From Octopus sinensis (lineage: Eukaryota), in assembly GCF_006345805.1 (NCBI RefSeq), contig NC_043015.1, positions 9,300,001 through 9,364,000 on the forward strand: a stretch of DNA of 64,000 nt, in the 5' to 3' direction. This document shows positions 13,582 through 24,386 of this stretch, in pieces. The notes under the pieces are model-generated. The model worked only from the letters and a program-made list of their open reading frames with translations. It searched no databases and was not told where the DNA came from. Each line of letters opens with the position of its first letter. Position 1 is the stretch's first letter. Made by a program: the position numbers and the translations under genes.

Positions 13582-13651
13582 ATAAATAGACATATAGATA
13601 GATAGATAGATAGGTAGATAGATAGATAGACAGACAGACAGAGAGAGGGAG

Positions 13652-13702
<51 letters not shown>

Positions 13703-13739
13703 AAGAAAGAGAGATAGATAGATAGATAGATAGATAGAT

Positions 13740-13805
<66 letters not shown>

Positions 13806-13806
13806 A
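13402..13806. repeat. (GATA)n/(GACA)n microsatellite
   Basis: Directly visible. Source of the LSIY-repeat ORFs. Confidence 0.97.
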
Positions 13807-14289
13807 AGATGCATACATACATAGACAGAGTGAATGTTACGAAGCGGGTATCATTTAAGCATGATATTTTAATCCTTGTTATGTTTTATGTTTAATAGTA
13901 GGGAACAGCCACGGACTATTCAAATTAAAATAATTCAAACGTATTTCATGCGATCGACAAATCCTGGTTTCTTTGCTTTGGTTTAAGAAAACATTACAAA
14001 ATGCATGTAGCGTATATGAAACACAACGAATAAGGTGAATTATGCACAATAAATAAGGATAATTACACACATCGATTCAGGATAATTATATATGTACAAA
14101 TTTTAGGTTTTTTAGTCAATTATACGGAATATTTAATCTAAAGAGAAATCTCGCATTATGGTTAAATATGCATCCATTTTGTTTATCTCGTTAAGAAACT
14201 ATGCAACGTTGTACACGGTGTTGCACGTTGTACGTGGTGTGAGCATAAAGGAACGATTTGTTTGTTTATGTTGTATTAGATTTGATGTT

Positions 14290-14671
14290 GGAGGCGCAAT
14301 GGCCCGGTGGTTAGGGCAGCGGACTCGCGGTCATAGGATCGCGGTTTCGATTCCCAGACCGGGCATTGTGTGTGTTTATTGAGCGAAAACACCTAAAGCT
14401 CCACGAGGCTCCGGCAGGGGATGGTGGTGATCCCTGCTGTACACTTTCACCACATCTTTCTCTCACTCTTACTTCCTGTTTCTGTTGTACCTGTATTTCA
14501 AAGGGCCGGCCTTGTCACTCTCTGTGTCACGCTGAATATCCCCGAGAACTACGTTAAGGGTACACGTGTCTGTGAAGTGCTCAGCCACTTACAGGTTAAT
14601 TTCTCGAGCAGGCTGTTCCGTTGATTCGTATCAACTGGAACCCTCGTTGTCGTAACCGCCGGAGTGCTTCC
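14290..14671 (+). mobile_element. tRNA-derived SINE, head type B joined to tail Y
   Basis: Head matches 5879-6062. From ~14485 (ttgtacctgtatttcaaaggg) it matches the tail of the CORE SINE at 35363-35547. Confidence 0.9.
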
Positions 14672-14756
14672 ATCCATCAGATTTGGTAGAGTATGCTTTT
14701 GAATGAAAGGAATTAGAGAGAGACATTTAGAAACCTGAAAGGGCTATACATTAGGT

Positions 14757-14813
<57 letters not shown>

Positions 14814-14895
14814 ATGTGTGTTTGTATATAAGACCGTATTAAATAAAATGAGACAACAGATATATATGAGAAAACAATATATCAGGCTATATAAG

Positions 14896-15312
14896 AGGCG
14901 CAGGAGTGGCTGTGTGGTAAGTAGCTTGCTAACCAACCACATGGTTCCGGGTTCAGTCCCACTGCGTGGCATCTTGGGCAAGTGTCTTCTGCTATTGCCC
15001 CGGGCCGACAAATGCCTTGTGAGTGGATTTGGTAGACGGAAACTGAAAGAAGCCTGTCGTATATATGTATATATATATATGTGTATGTGTGTGTATATGT
15101 GTGTGTGTCTGTGTTTGTCCCCCTAGCATTGCTTGACAACCGTTGCTGGTGTGTTTACGTCCCCGTCACTTAGCGGTTCGGCAAAAGAGACCGATAGAAT
15201 AAGTACTGGGCTTACAAAGAATAAGTCCGGGGTTGATTTGCTCGACTAAAGCCGGTGCTCCACCATGGCCGCAGTCAAATGACTGAAACAAGTAAAAGAG
15301 TAAAGAGAGAGA
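14896..15312 (+). mobile_element. SINE family A
   Basis: Full-length match to 6451-6873. Confidence 0.9.
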
Positions 15313-15547
15313 GTATATTTAAAGAAAATGTCAGTCTTACAGGTGTGTCAGGTATATTAGGAATATTCCACCATCAGGGACGATGCGAGATGGTTAAGGA
15401 GCCGGAAATAGAAGAGTTCAATACAAAGAGTTATTTTTGAAAAGGAAAGTAATAAGGGAATAAAAGCGCATAAAAATTTAAAATATGTATATATAAAAAT
15501 TAAAAATTGTATAATACAGAAGCATTTTCGAACTTCATTTTCTACAA

Positions 15548-15582
<35 letters not shown>

Positions 15583-15622
15583 ATACATTTATATATACAT
15601 AAATATATATACATCTGTACAT

Positions 15623-15663
<41 letters not shown>

Positions 15664-15991
15664 GAGAGAGAGAGACAGTGAGTGAGAGAAATACAACAGT
15701 AGCAGGACAATTGGATATCGAACTAAAAAACATATATGTGACCATGCTAAATATATTTTCTCCAATGTTGGCCATAAATTACCCCACTTAGACACTTGCT
15801 TGTACACCAGTTTTTAGAATGTAGGACAGAAAATACAAGATACTCAAACAAATCTATTAATGGGAGATGCATTAGATACACCTCATAGACATACACACAT
15901 AATCACAGAAACACACAGTCACACATATGTATAGATATACACATCCACAGATTGAGAGACTATGAGAGAGAAAAAGCGAGAAACTGATAGA

Positions 15992-16006
15992 ATGATAGAT
16001 AGATAA

Positions 16007-16088
<82 letters not shown>

Positions 16089-16098
16089 GATAGATGAA
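15992..16098. repeat. (GATA)n microsatellite
   Basis: Directly visible. Confidence 0.95.
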
Positions 16099-16832
16099 TT
16101 CATTACGTTATTTCTTTATAAGAGTTTCTCGAGAGGGAAACGAAAAAAACATTTATTTTTCTTTAAACTAATGGCTATTTGTAAGTACGGCACGGGTAAT
16201 GGATACTGAGAGTAAAAGTTGGATTTGATTTTATTCTAGGTGTGTTTCATTTGACGAGATTTGGCATTCAATTAGCACAGTTCCTGTGGCCTTTATAGCT
16301 TTTACTTTCTGCTGGGTTTTGACAATTTAATTCTTAAGAGCACTTCATTGTTCTATATAGTCTGCGAGTGATTTCAACTTACTAAGCATTATCTTGTTCA
16401 TTTAACCGTGTTGTGGCGAATAATCACGAATCTATGTTTAACACTTTAGCTGTTTTTCACACAAGTAACATAATTCTAATATTATCCGAAGTTGATTCCG
16501 GCAGCAGACTATATCAGCTTAGTTGTGGTCAACTGCCAAGACCACTATATGCCATTCTTGTAATATTCGATGAAGTAAACTTTAATCTAATTCTGATTAT
16601 GATGGCTAGATGGACTCTGAAAGAAAATTGCCGAAGAATGTGTATATGAACTTAACCGCAAGAGTGCATTAACGTATAAGAGTCATATCTCTATACAAGT
16701 CAAGTTACCTATGTATGCTAAAGTCAAGAAAACTTATTTTCAACTACGCATAGGCACACATACATACACACATGTTACTATATAAGGCGGTGCTGCAGCT
16801 TGGTCACAGTCACATGACTTAAACAAGTAAAA

Positions 16833-16835
<3 letters not shown>

Positions 16836-16875
<40 letters not shown>

Positions 16876-16931
16876 TGTATATATATATATATATATATGT
16901 CTGTATATATATATATATATATATAGGTATA

Positions 16932-16965
<34 letters not shown>

Positions 16966-16975
16966 AGTATATATA

Positions 16976-17006
<31 letters not shown>

Positions 17007-17026
17007 CATTTATATATATATATATG

Positions 17027-17064
<38 letters not shown>

Positions 17065-17150
17065 TTTATATGTTTATGTATATGTTTATGCGTATATATA
17101 TATATAGGTATATATATGTATATGTATATGTATATATATATGTATATGTA
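16836..17150. repeat. (TA)n/(TATG)n tract, left flank of the ribozyme array
   Basis: Directly visible. Confidence 0.95.
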
Positions 17151-17343
17151 GTAATACTAAGCAATTAAGGGTTTAGCAACGAATTGCCTCACCACACACC
17201 GAATTTAGAAATAGCAGTCAAAGAGTTATAGCTATTCTTTCTACTAAAAGGGAGATCTCAGTAAAAACACAGCACTTGAATGGCAAACACAGACAGGTAA
17301 GAGAGAATGAAATGACGGCAATCTATCATACAATTTTAAGTCA

Positions 17344-17434
17344 CCTACGGACGTACGTTTCGAAATTAAGTTTTAGGAAAGCATAAGAATTAGATAATTA
17401 TATCTTACCCAACTTCTTTTCTCATCAGCGTAGG
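17344..17434 (-). ncRNA. Type I hammerhead ribozyme, intact core
   Basis: Minus strand reads CCTACG-CTGATGA-G[58 nt]C-GAAAC-GTAC-GTC^CGTAGG. Stem I is 6 perfect bp. Stem II starts GAAA/TTTC then AAGTT/AACTT. Stem III lies within the palindrome ACGTACGT. GUC cleavage is predicted between 17350 and 17349. Confidence 0.92.
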
Positions 17435-17927
17435 ACACTACAATTATGAATAATTGTATATTAAATTTCGCGATACTAGAAGGCATCATCTCAACTCAGT
17501 ATCAGAGCGAGCTAAAAGCCGTTACCAGTATCACCAAATTCAAAGTGTGAATGAAAGTTTGTGTCACCAGCCCCCTCCCACCCGCGTGTAGCCAAGACAA
17601 GATGCTGCGGTCATTTACTGGGATGAAATATGGTTATCAGTAACAATATAGGGTGAAATTAATTAATTTGGAATAATTATTACTTACACCAAGTAGATTT
17701 CGGCATGTAAAAGCCTCATGCGAGGAAAAGTTAAGTAATACTAAGCAATTAAGGGTTTAGCAACGAATTGCCTCACCACACACCGAATTTAGAAATAGCA
17801 GTCAAAGAGTTATAGCTATTCTTTCTACTAAAAGGGAGATCTCAGTAAAAACACAGCACTTGAATGGCAAACACAGACAGGTAAGAGAGAATGAAATGAC
17901 GGCAATCTATCATACAATTTTAAGTCA

Positions 17928-18018
17928 CCTACGGACGTACGTTTCGAAATTAAGTTTTAGGAAAGCATAAGAATTAGATAATTATATCTTACCCAACTTC
18001 TTTTCTCATCAGCGTAGG
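17928..18018 (-). ncRNA. Type I hammerhead ribozyme, intact core (second unit)
   Basis: Identical to 17344-17434. Predicted cleavage between 17934 and 17933. Confidence 0.92.
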
Positions 18019-18524
18019 ACACTACAATTATGAATAATTGTATATTAAATTTCGCGATACTAGAAGGCATCATCTCAACTCAGTATCAGAGCGAGCTAAA
18101 AGCCGTTACCAGTATCACCAAATTCAAAGTGTGAATGAAAGTTTGTGTCACCAGCCCCCTCCCACCCGCGTGTAGCCAAGACAAGATGCTGCGGTCATTT
18201 ACTGGGATGAAATATGGTTATCAGTAACAATATAGGGTGAAATTAATTATTTGGAATAATTATTACTTACACCAAGTAGATTTCGGCATGTAAAAGCCTC
18301 ATGCGAGGAAAAGTTAAGTAATACTAAGCAATTAAGGGTTTAGCAACGAATTGCCTCACCACACACCGAATTTAGAAATAGCAGTCAAAGAGTTATAGCT
18401 ATTCTTTCTACTAAAAGGGAGATCTCAGTAAAAACACAGCACTTGAATGGCAAACACAGACAGGTAAGAGAGAATTAAATGACGGCAATCTATCATACAA
18501 GTTTAAGTCACCTACGGACGTACG

Positions 18525-18526
<2 letters not shown>

Positions 18527-18619
<93 letters not shown>

Positions 18620-18680
18620 TATATATATATAATATATATATATATATGTATGTATGTGTGTGTGTGTGTTTGTGTGTGTG
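18527..18680. repeat. (TA)n then (TG)n tract, right flank of the array
   Basis: Directly visible. Confidence 0.95.
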
Positions 18681-19199
18681 TATACCTATATTCTATTGTG
18701 AGTGTATTTTGTTAGGCAACCATAATATACTGCAAAGTATATTAATCTTTTTTTTAATTAATACTTTGCTCTACTTTGTCACCAGTGTTTATTATGTCGC
18801 GTGTTGCATTCATGTCTATCGCGTTTGAAAATGATTTCTATTGAAATTACACCCACCACAAAATTTCTTATATTACGTAGTCGATACGTAAACTACAATA
18901 ATGAGATATAAACAATGAGATGTAGCCTAATGTAAACAACAATAATGAGATGAGAGATGAACAAAGGCGATGAGTATATGTTACAGAGAGACCAAAAAAA
19001 TATTGTGTAAATTTTGCGGTAAAAAAAAAATTCGGGGTGAAAAACAAATGTCTGACCGTGTGCCGCGTACACACATTTCCTCTACAGTTTCCATGGGAGG
19101 TAAAAATCTTTGAAATATCGTTTCTACGAAATATGGTTTCGCCAGTTTTGATCGGAAATTTCTCTAACGTATTATGATTAATCTGCAATATCAATTTCT

Positions 19200-19760
19200 G
19201 AGATTACTGATACACTGAAAACTGTAGCCAAGGAAATTCAACAGAAATGCACGCGAGTTTGTGGAAAAGTTCAACACAAAGCGTCCACTGTAATGACACT
19301 ATCTCTCATCTTAGACAAATATCTTTATTGTGTACGTCGTCATCTGGCACCACTAAAATAGCGTCTGCCATGACTTCCCAAATTCTGCTAATCTTGCTAG
19401 CATAAACATCCTATCCAGGCGTCATTGCCTAGCATAGAGAAAATTGTGAAGTTTTAGGTTCAATATTCAAATTTTATTCCTGACGTGGTTAAAGATTTCA
19501 TGCTTACCTTATGGTGACCATCACTGATGATATCCACACTCTTTGCATATATGCAGCTTCAGTGCACATCATATCTTCGGCCTGCCTCACCATCTGTGTA
19601 TCGGAAGTTAGCTAAATACATTCAACACCCTTACGCACCTCATAATCTCTAAAACTATAATTAGTCTGCAAAGTTCCAAGGAGAGTGAACACACTCTCTC
19701 CCGCACCACTATATATTCTCCGGGCCTAATCCAACTTTGTTTATTTCTCTTTCAAGTAAG
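19200..19760 (-). pseudogene. Possible highly decayed MULE-type transposase fragment
   Basis: Across frameshifts: SVDIISDGHHKV ... IFSMLGNDAWIGC ... KMRDSVITVDALC*TFPQTRVHFC*ISLA. This is reminiscent of the MULE D...D...FP...C..H arrangement, but the catalytic motifs are incomplete. Confidence 0.3.
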
Positions 19761-20977
19761 AGTGAAGCACTAGTGCTATTCTACAAAAGTGTACTGACGG
19801 ACAACTTTTAATTTTTAGGACATACATTTCATAAAAAATGTTCGACTCAGCCACGTTTCTTTTATACACTACAGGGATTTGCAGAGAATTGAAGAGATGG
19901 GTCTATTCCGTCGCTCGTACCTATAGATTTGCATTGTAACTGCCTTGCTATATTTTATCCCCTGTGAATCACACTTCCTATCGTTCCATTAACATTTTAT
20001 ATGTCTGCCCGCCGTAATATGTATGATCATCCCCTACCTTAGCATGTGTAGTTTCATGTAGATGGTGACAGTTCGTCATTGCCCGTGACTATGTTTACGT
20101 GCGGTACGGAGGCTGGCAAAATCGCTACGAATGTGTAGAAATTAAAATTTCAACTATGTTTACGACTTTAGAAAATTCAACGTGAAAGACACAATATGAT
20201 TTTTTTGCGCTAGTGTGCAGACTAAAGGGTATGTATGAGGCAACAGAATGTAGTTTAATTGATTTAATCACCGACATTTTATTTCACTAAAAATAATTGC
20301 TCCCACCACCACCTTCCATAGGTCTGTCTAAAAGTAATCCACCCTCACGTCACCTTGAAGTTGCCTGCAATCAATAAATTTATTGTCACCACTCATATCT
20401 ATGAATGGAGATTTTAACTTCTCTCCTAATTTTTAGTGATTTTTCAACTGGCAGATAAGCAAAGTTGTTTAAGTAGTCGAGAAATGCTTTTTTGTCATAT
20501 TGTACTGCTGAATATTCCTTTATTTGAAAGTTCTCGAATTCGAGTCCGCATTCCATTTCATTGTATTCTCAGTCTAGGCTCTTAGGATCATTAGAGCAAT
20601 ATACATGAAATATTAGTCATCGTAGCTGCATTGTAAATTCATTCAATCCAATCGTTTGCGTTATTAGTAGATGTAAATGCTACTGATCCGATCCTTGCTT
20701 TTAATAACGATCATTCAATTGAGATCATTTTCCTGCAAGCATCGGGTTAACATGTAGCTGTAATCTAGCACTTTTTAAGAGTTCAACAACGCTAGGCCTT
20801 TTTAAGAGGTCATCGTCAAACAATAATTATGCATCATTTTCAAGATATACAGAATTATCTTATTATAGAAAAAAGGAGGCAATTAAGGAAGAATTAAAAT
20901 ATTTGGTATGAAAGATATTTTTATTAAATCTACACAGATAAGGAAATTATTTTCTTCTCAAGCGCAGGATGATGATG

Positions 20978-21017
<40 letters not shown>

Positions 21018-21077
21018 TAATAATATAGCATGAACAAAATAAATTATGTATATTTTGCAGGAAAAAAAAACTGTCGG

Positions 21078-21152
21078 CGGACAGCAAATAGATTCGAACC
21101 CACGTCCCCGTGTTTACACGTCAAGTACTTTACATTAAACCAAACTGCTCAG
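21078..21152 (-). pseudogene. Degenerate tRNA-like sequence (Thr-TGT-like), pseudo-tRNA or SINE head
   Basis: Minus strand: gagcagtttggtttaatgtaaagtacttgacgTGTaaacacggggacgtgggttcgaatctatttgct. A-box-like and B-box (gggttcgaatc) motifs are present, but the T-stem is broken. Confidence 0.4.
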
Positions 21153-21269
21153 CAACAAATTTTAGGAGATATTAATCTAGGTTTATAAGACGCTATAGTA
21201 CGTTAAATTTAACCTACGTCAAAAGTCAACAAAGTTTGCTTTCGAAGCGTTGAAGTGTATTGGAAGATA

Positions 21270-21604
21270 AAAGACTCCCTTCGGTCATCAATGACCATGG
21301 GATTGCACCTAGAAAGTTACCCTCCTAGACACAAGTCCGGGCAAGGTTGTTTATGGAAGGCCAGCAGTCGCACATGCATACCAGCCTCCCCTCTCCACGC
21401 CACCAGTGTTATCCAAGGGAAAGACAAAGGTCGATACAGCTTGGTACCAGGGACGTCGCAACTCATTTCTACAGCTGAGTGAACTGGAGCAACGTGAAAT
21501 AAAGTGCCTTGCTCGAGAACACAACACGCAGCCCGGTCCGGGATTCGAGCTCACAACCTCACGATCGTAAGCTCGATGCTCTAACCACTGAGCCATGCGC
21601 CTTC
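21270..21604 (-). mobile_element. tRNA-derived CORE SINE, tail W, with 11-bp TSD
   Basis: Head and CORE (gagcaaggcactttatttcacgttgctccagttcactcagctg) as in 35225, but a different tail. TSD attggaagata at 21259-21269 and 21605-21615. Confidence 0.92.
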
Positions 21605-22532
21605 ATTGGAAGATACAGATAAGGAAATAATTTTATTCTCAATGCTAATAATATAGCATGAACAGAGTAAACTATCCATATTTTGCAGAAAAAAATATGT
21701 CGGCGGCCGAGCATCAGACACGAACTCACTCGTCATTGTATTAAATATTTTCGCATATTATGAAAAAATTTACTACGTTAGGAAAAAATCATATCTTAAT
21801 GTTATTAAACATGCAGGAGGTTTTGTTTATTTCCCAATTTATTTCCCTGGAAAATATTCTAAGATATAATTTAATACAGTGAGTAATCTTAATTGTATAT
21901 GGATTGGATATATGTTAGATGTTTTTTGTGCGTAGCCTTAAATTATATTTTCTAGAGAGTTTTGTTTTCTGATATTCGCGGAATTTTATAGCGATATTTA
22001 AAAAAATCATAATGAATTCAGCTTATATAACAGAAATATATCGTAAATATTTACTTCTTTCGATATTCATGAAAATATATTTTCTTCAATGGTAATATAG
22101 TTAAATTTTTCTATCTGTTCTTTAATTCACTGATTCCAAAATGAATTATCACAGTGCAATAGGTTATCTTTATTTCTGATTTTCTAATTAATCTTATATA
22201 TCCCGGAAGAATAAAACAGGGTTATGCTCTTTAGTCTATCAATATTGATACAATGCTTCCAAAATATAAAATAATCACTTGATTATTTTTAACTGCAATG
22301 TTTCTATTATATTACGTTGCAATTGTTTAAGCATTTCAGTGTCATACTAATGTAAATGGTACTAATTATTATTTTCTGATTTATCACTTTGTGATGAAAT
22401 ATTGTTTCGTGATTATATTAACCTTCCATGAGAGTATTATAGTTAACTATAATAAACATCGAGAAAATAAATCGAACACTGCATAGTTTCTTCGGCAAAG
22501 TGGTATATCATACGTACACATATAATTACATA

Positions 22533-22760
22533 CAGACGAGCTGACAGAAACGTTAGCCCGCCGGGCGAAATGCGTAACCGTATTTCATCTGCCGTTACGT
22601 TCTGAGTTCAAACTCCGCCGAGGTCGACTTTGCCTTTCATCCTTTCGGGGTCGATAAATTAAGTACCTGTTACGCACTGGAGTCGATATAATCGACTTAA
22701 TCCGTTTGTCTGTCCTTGTTTGTCCCATCTGTGTTTAGCCCCTTGTGGGTAGTAATGCAA
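22533..22760 (+). mobile_element. SINE with Deu/Nin-like domain
   Basis: gccgaggtcgactttgcctttcatcctttcggggtcgataaattaagtacc resembles the conserved Deu/Nin SINE domain (recognised from memory). Related copies at 29010, 36055 and 37160. Confidence 0.75.
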
Positions 22761-22820
22761 TATATATACTTATACTTATATATCTGTGTGTATGTGTACG
22801 CATATATATATAAATATATA

Positions 22821-23552
22821 TAAGAAATATTGAATTTCTAAATCTCTCGTAGAGACATGTACGGTGGTGGGGCGATAGAATGGTTGTATACTGTCAATCT
22901 AACAAGAACGTGACAGTAGGGGGTACACCACCGTTGTATAGCTCTAGGAGGCATCGAACGCCTCCTGACAGCTCCGACACATTTTTTCCCTGTGTCCTTA
23001 TATACATATACGAAGGGGAGACAAACACCCCTGGTCGTCGGAACTGCATCTAGGGACACCGTGTTTCAGGATCATTGTCCTTCAGGGAAAAAATGTGTCG
23101 AAGCTGTCAGGAGGCGTTCGATGCCTCCTAGGGCTATACAACGGTGGTGTACCCCCTACTGTCACGTTCTTGTTAGATTGACAGTATACAACCATTCTAT
23201 CGCCCCACCACCGTACATGTCTCTACGAGAGATTTAGAATTTCAATATTTCTTATTGAATAAACTTCACTGAGTTTACATATATACAGATACGAAGTCTA
23301 GGCAAATATCAACAGCCGACCGGTGTCTGCTACTTTAGGCCGATGAAGGACAATGATCCCGAAAAACGGTGTCCCTAGATGCAGTTCCGACGGCCGGGGG
23401 TGTTTGTCTCCCCTTCGTATATGTATATAAGGACACAGGAAAAAATGTGTCGAAGCTGTCAGGAGGCGTTCGATGCCTCCTAGGGCTATACAACGGTGGT
23501 GTACCCCCTACTGTCACGTTCTTGTTAGATTGACAGTATACAACCATTCTAT
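22821..23552. repeat. Compound inverted duplication A-B-A'-C-B'-A'' (Penelope pLTR-like)
   Basis: A 22821-22991 and A' 23084-23254 are 171-bp inverted arms with 3 mismatches seen. B 22992-23083 is inverted at about 23345-23436, followed by a partial A' to 23552. Confidence 0.92.
23336..23377 (+). ncRNA. Minimal type I hammerhead motif with U4>C core change
   Basis: TAGG-CCGATGA-AGGA-CAATGA-TCCC-GAAA-AACGGT-GTC^CCTA. The inverted sister copy (23051-23083) reads GAAGGA-CAATGA-TCCT-GAAAC-ACGGT-GTC-CCTA but is cut inside the core. Confidence 0.7.
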
Positions 23553-23567
23553 ATATATATATATACT

Positions 23568-24000
23568 TGCTAACGTAACCGGTAATTCCCGGGAAAGCAG
23601 GGCTTATCCGTTGGTTCCATTCTCATAAATGTTTCGCTAATCCAGCAACAAAAATACAAATAGTTTTGTGCATTTACAGAGAATACTGAACTTTCTTACA
23701 CAGGACCGTGTTTTTAGGAAAACCCAGTAAGTTATGAATACCCACGTTGTGAAGTCACTTATTTAATAACATGTAATAATTACCCGATAGTAAGAGCTCA
23801 AGTAAAGTACCTCCAGAAAGGGGCTTTAGTGCGTTCTCAGAGTATATAGAACTTAGGGGAATGTTAATAAGATGCATATAATAAATTCGTAAATCAAGTA
23901 ACGTAATAACAGGCTAATCAGTTATGAGGTAATGACAAGTCAAATGAAATAACTCTGAAAAGGGCTTTTGTGCGTTCCAAGAGAATATGAACTTCAGCGG
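23568..24000 (-). mobile_element. Probable Helitron 3'-terminal fragment
   Basis: Starts acttgc...accggtaattcccggg, a degenerate reverse complement of CTAG plus hairpin. Homologous to 10611-11060. Confidence 0.45.
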
Positions 24001-24326
24001 TGCCGGTGCTCGTATGATCGTGAGTAAATCAGTAACCGAAATAAGTGGATCTATTGTTTAGGAAAATATTGTTTACTTGTTGAAGCGTTGTACGGGACAG
24101 ATTACGAAAATAACTCTAACAGTGTAAATACTAAGAAATAAAGATACTCAATTCAATCTATACGAAATACTTTTGCCTTGGCTATTTTAAGGAGCCTTCT
24201 AGGAGCGAATGGGTTATAAGCTTTGGGTGTTTAAAATGAAATATGTTACGTATATGTCGTAGATATAAGGATACCTTCAAGGGGCCATATTAGCGACGTT
24301 TTCAACAAACTAAGTAAGTCACTAGG

Positions 24327-24386
24327 TTTCCAGACATGAGTTTCCAGGCATGATTTTCCAGGCATGATTTTCCAGACATGAGTTTC
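24327..24386. repeat. 14-bp minisatellite x4 (tttccag[a/g]catga[g/t]) in ABBA order
   Basis: Directly visible. Confidence 0.85.

Larger units (their letters stand above)
17151..18526 (-). mobile_element. Tandem array (about 2.36 units of 584/583 bp) of a hammerhead-containing non-coding element; candidate non-LTR retrozyme or Penelope-derived pLTR array
   Basis: Unit starts (gtaatactaagc) at 17151, 17735 and 18318. Units 1 and 2 differ by one indel seen, and unit 3 by two substitutions seen. No ORF of 60 aa or more. One hammerhead per unit. Both flanks are (TA)n, with a possible 7-8 bp TSD (t)atatgta. Confidence 0.85.

Noticed and set aside
17151-18526. Array read as a CRISPR, plain satellite or coding repeat
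   Set aside because: No short repeat-spacer pattern, no ORF, eukaryotic context. The intact ribozyme core and low copy number argue against a plain satellite. An assembly duplication is not excluded, but the units differ slightly.
22821-23552. Mismatches between arms as an ADAR-editing footprint
   Set aside because: Only about seven differences, and a transition bias is expected anyway.
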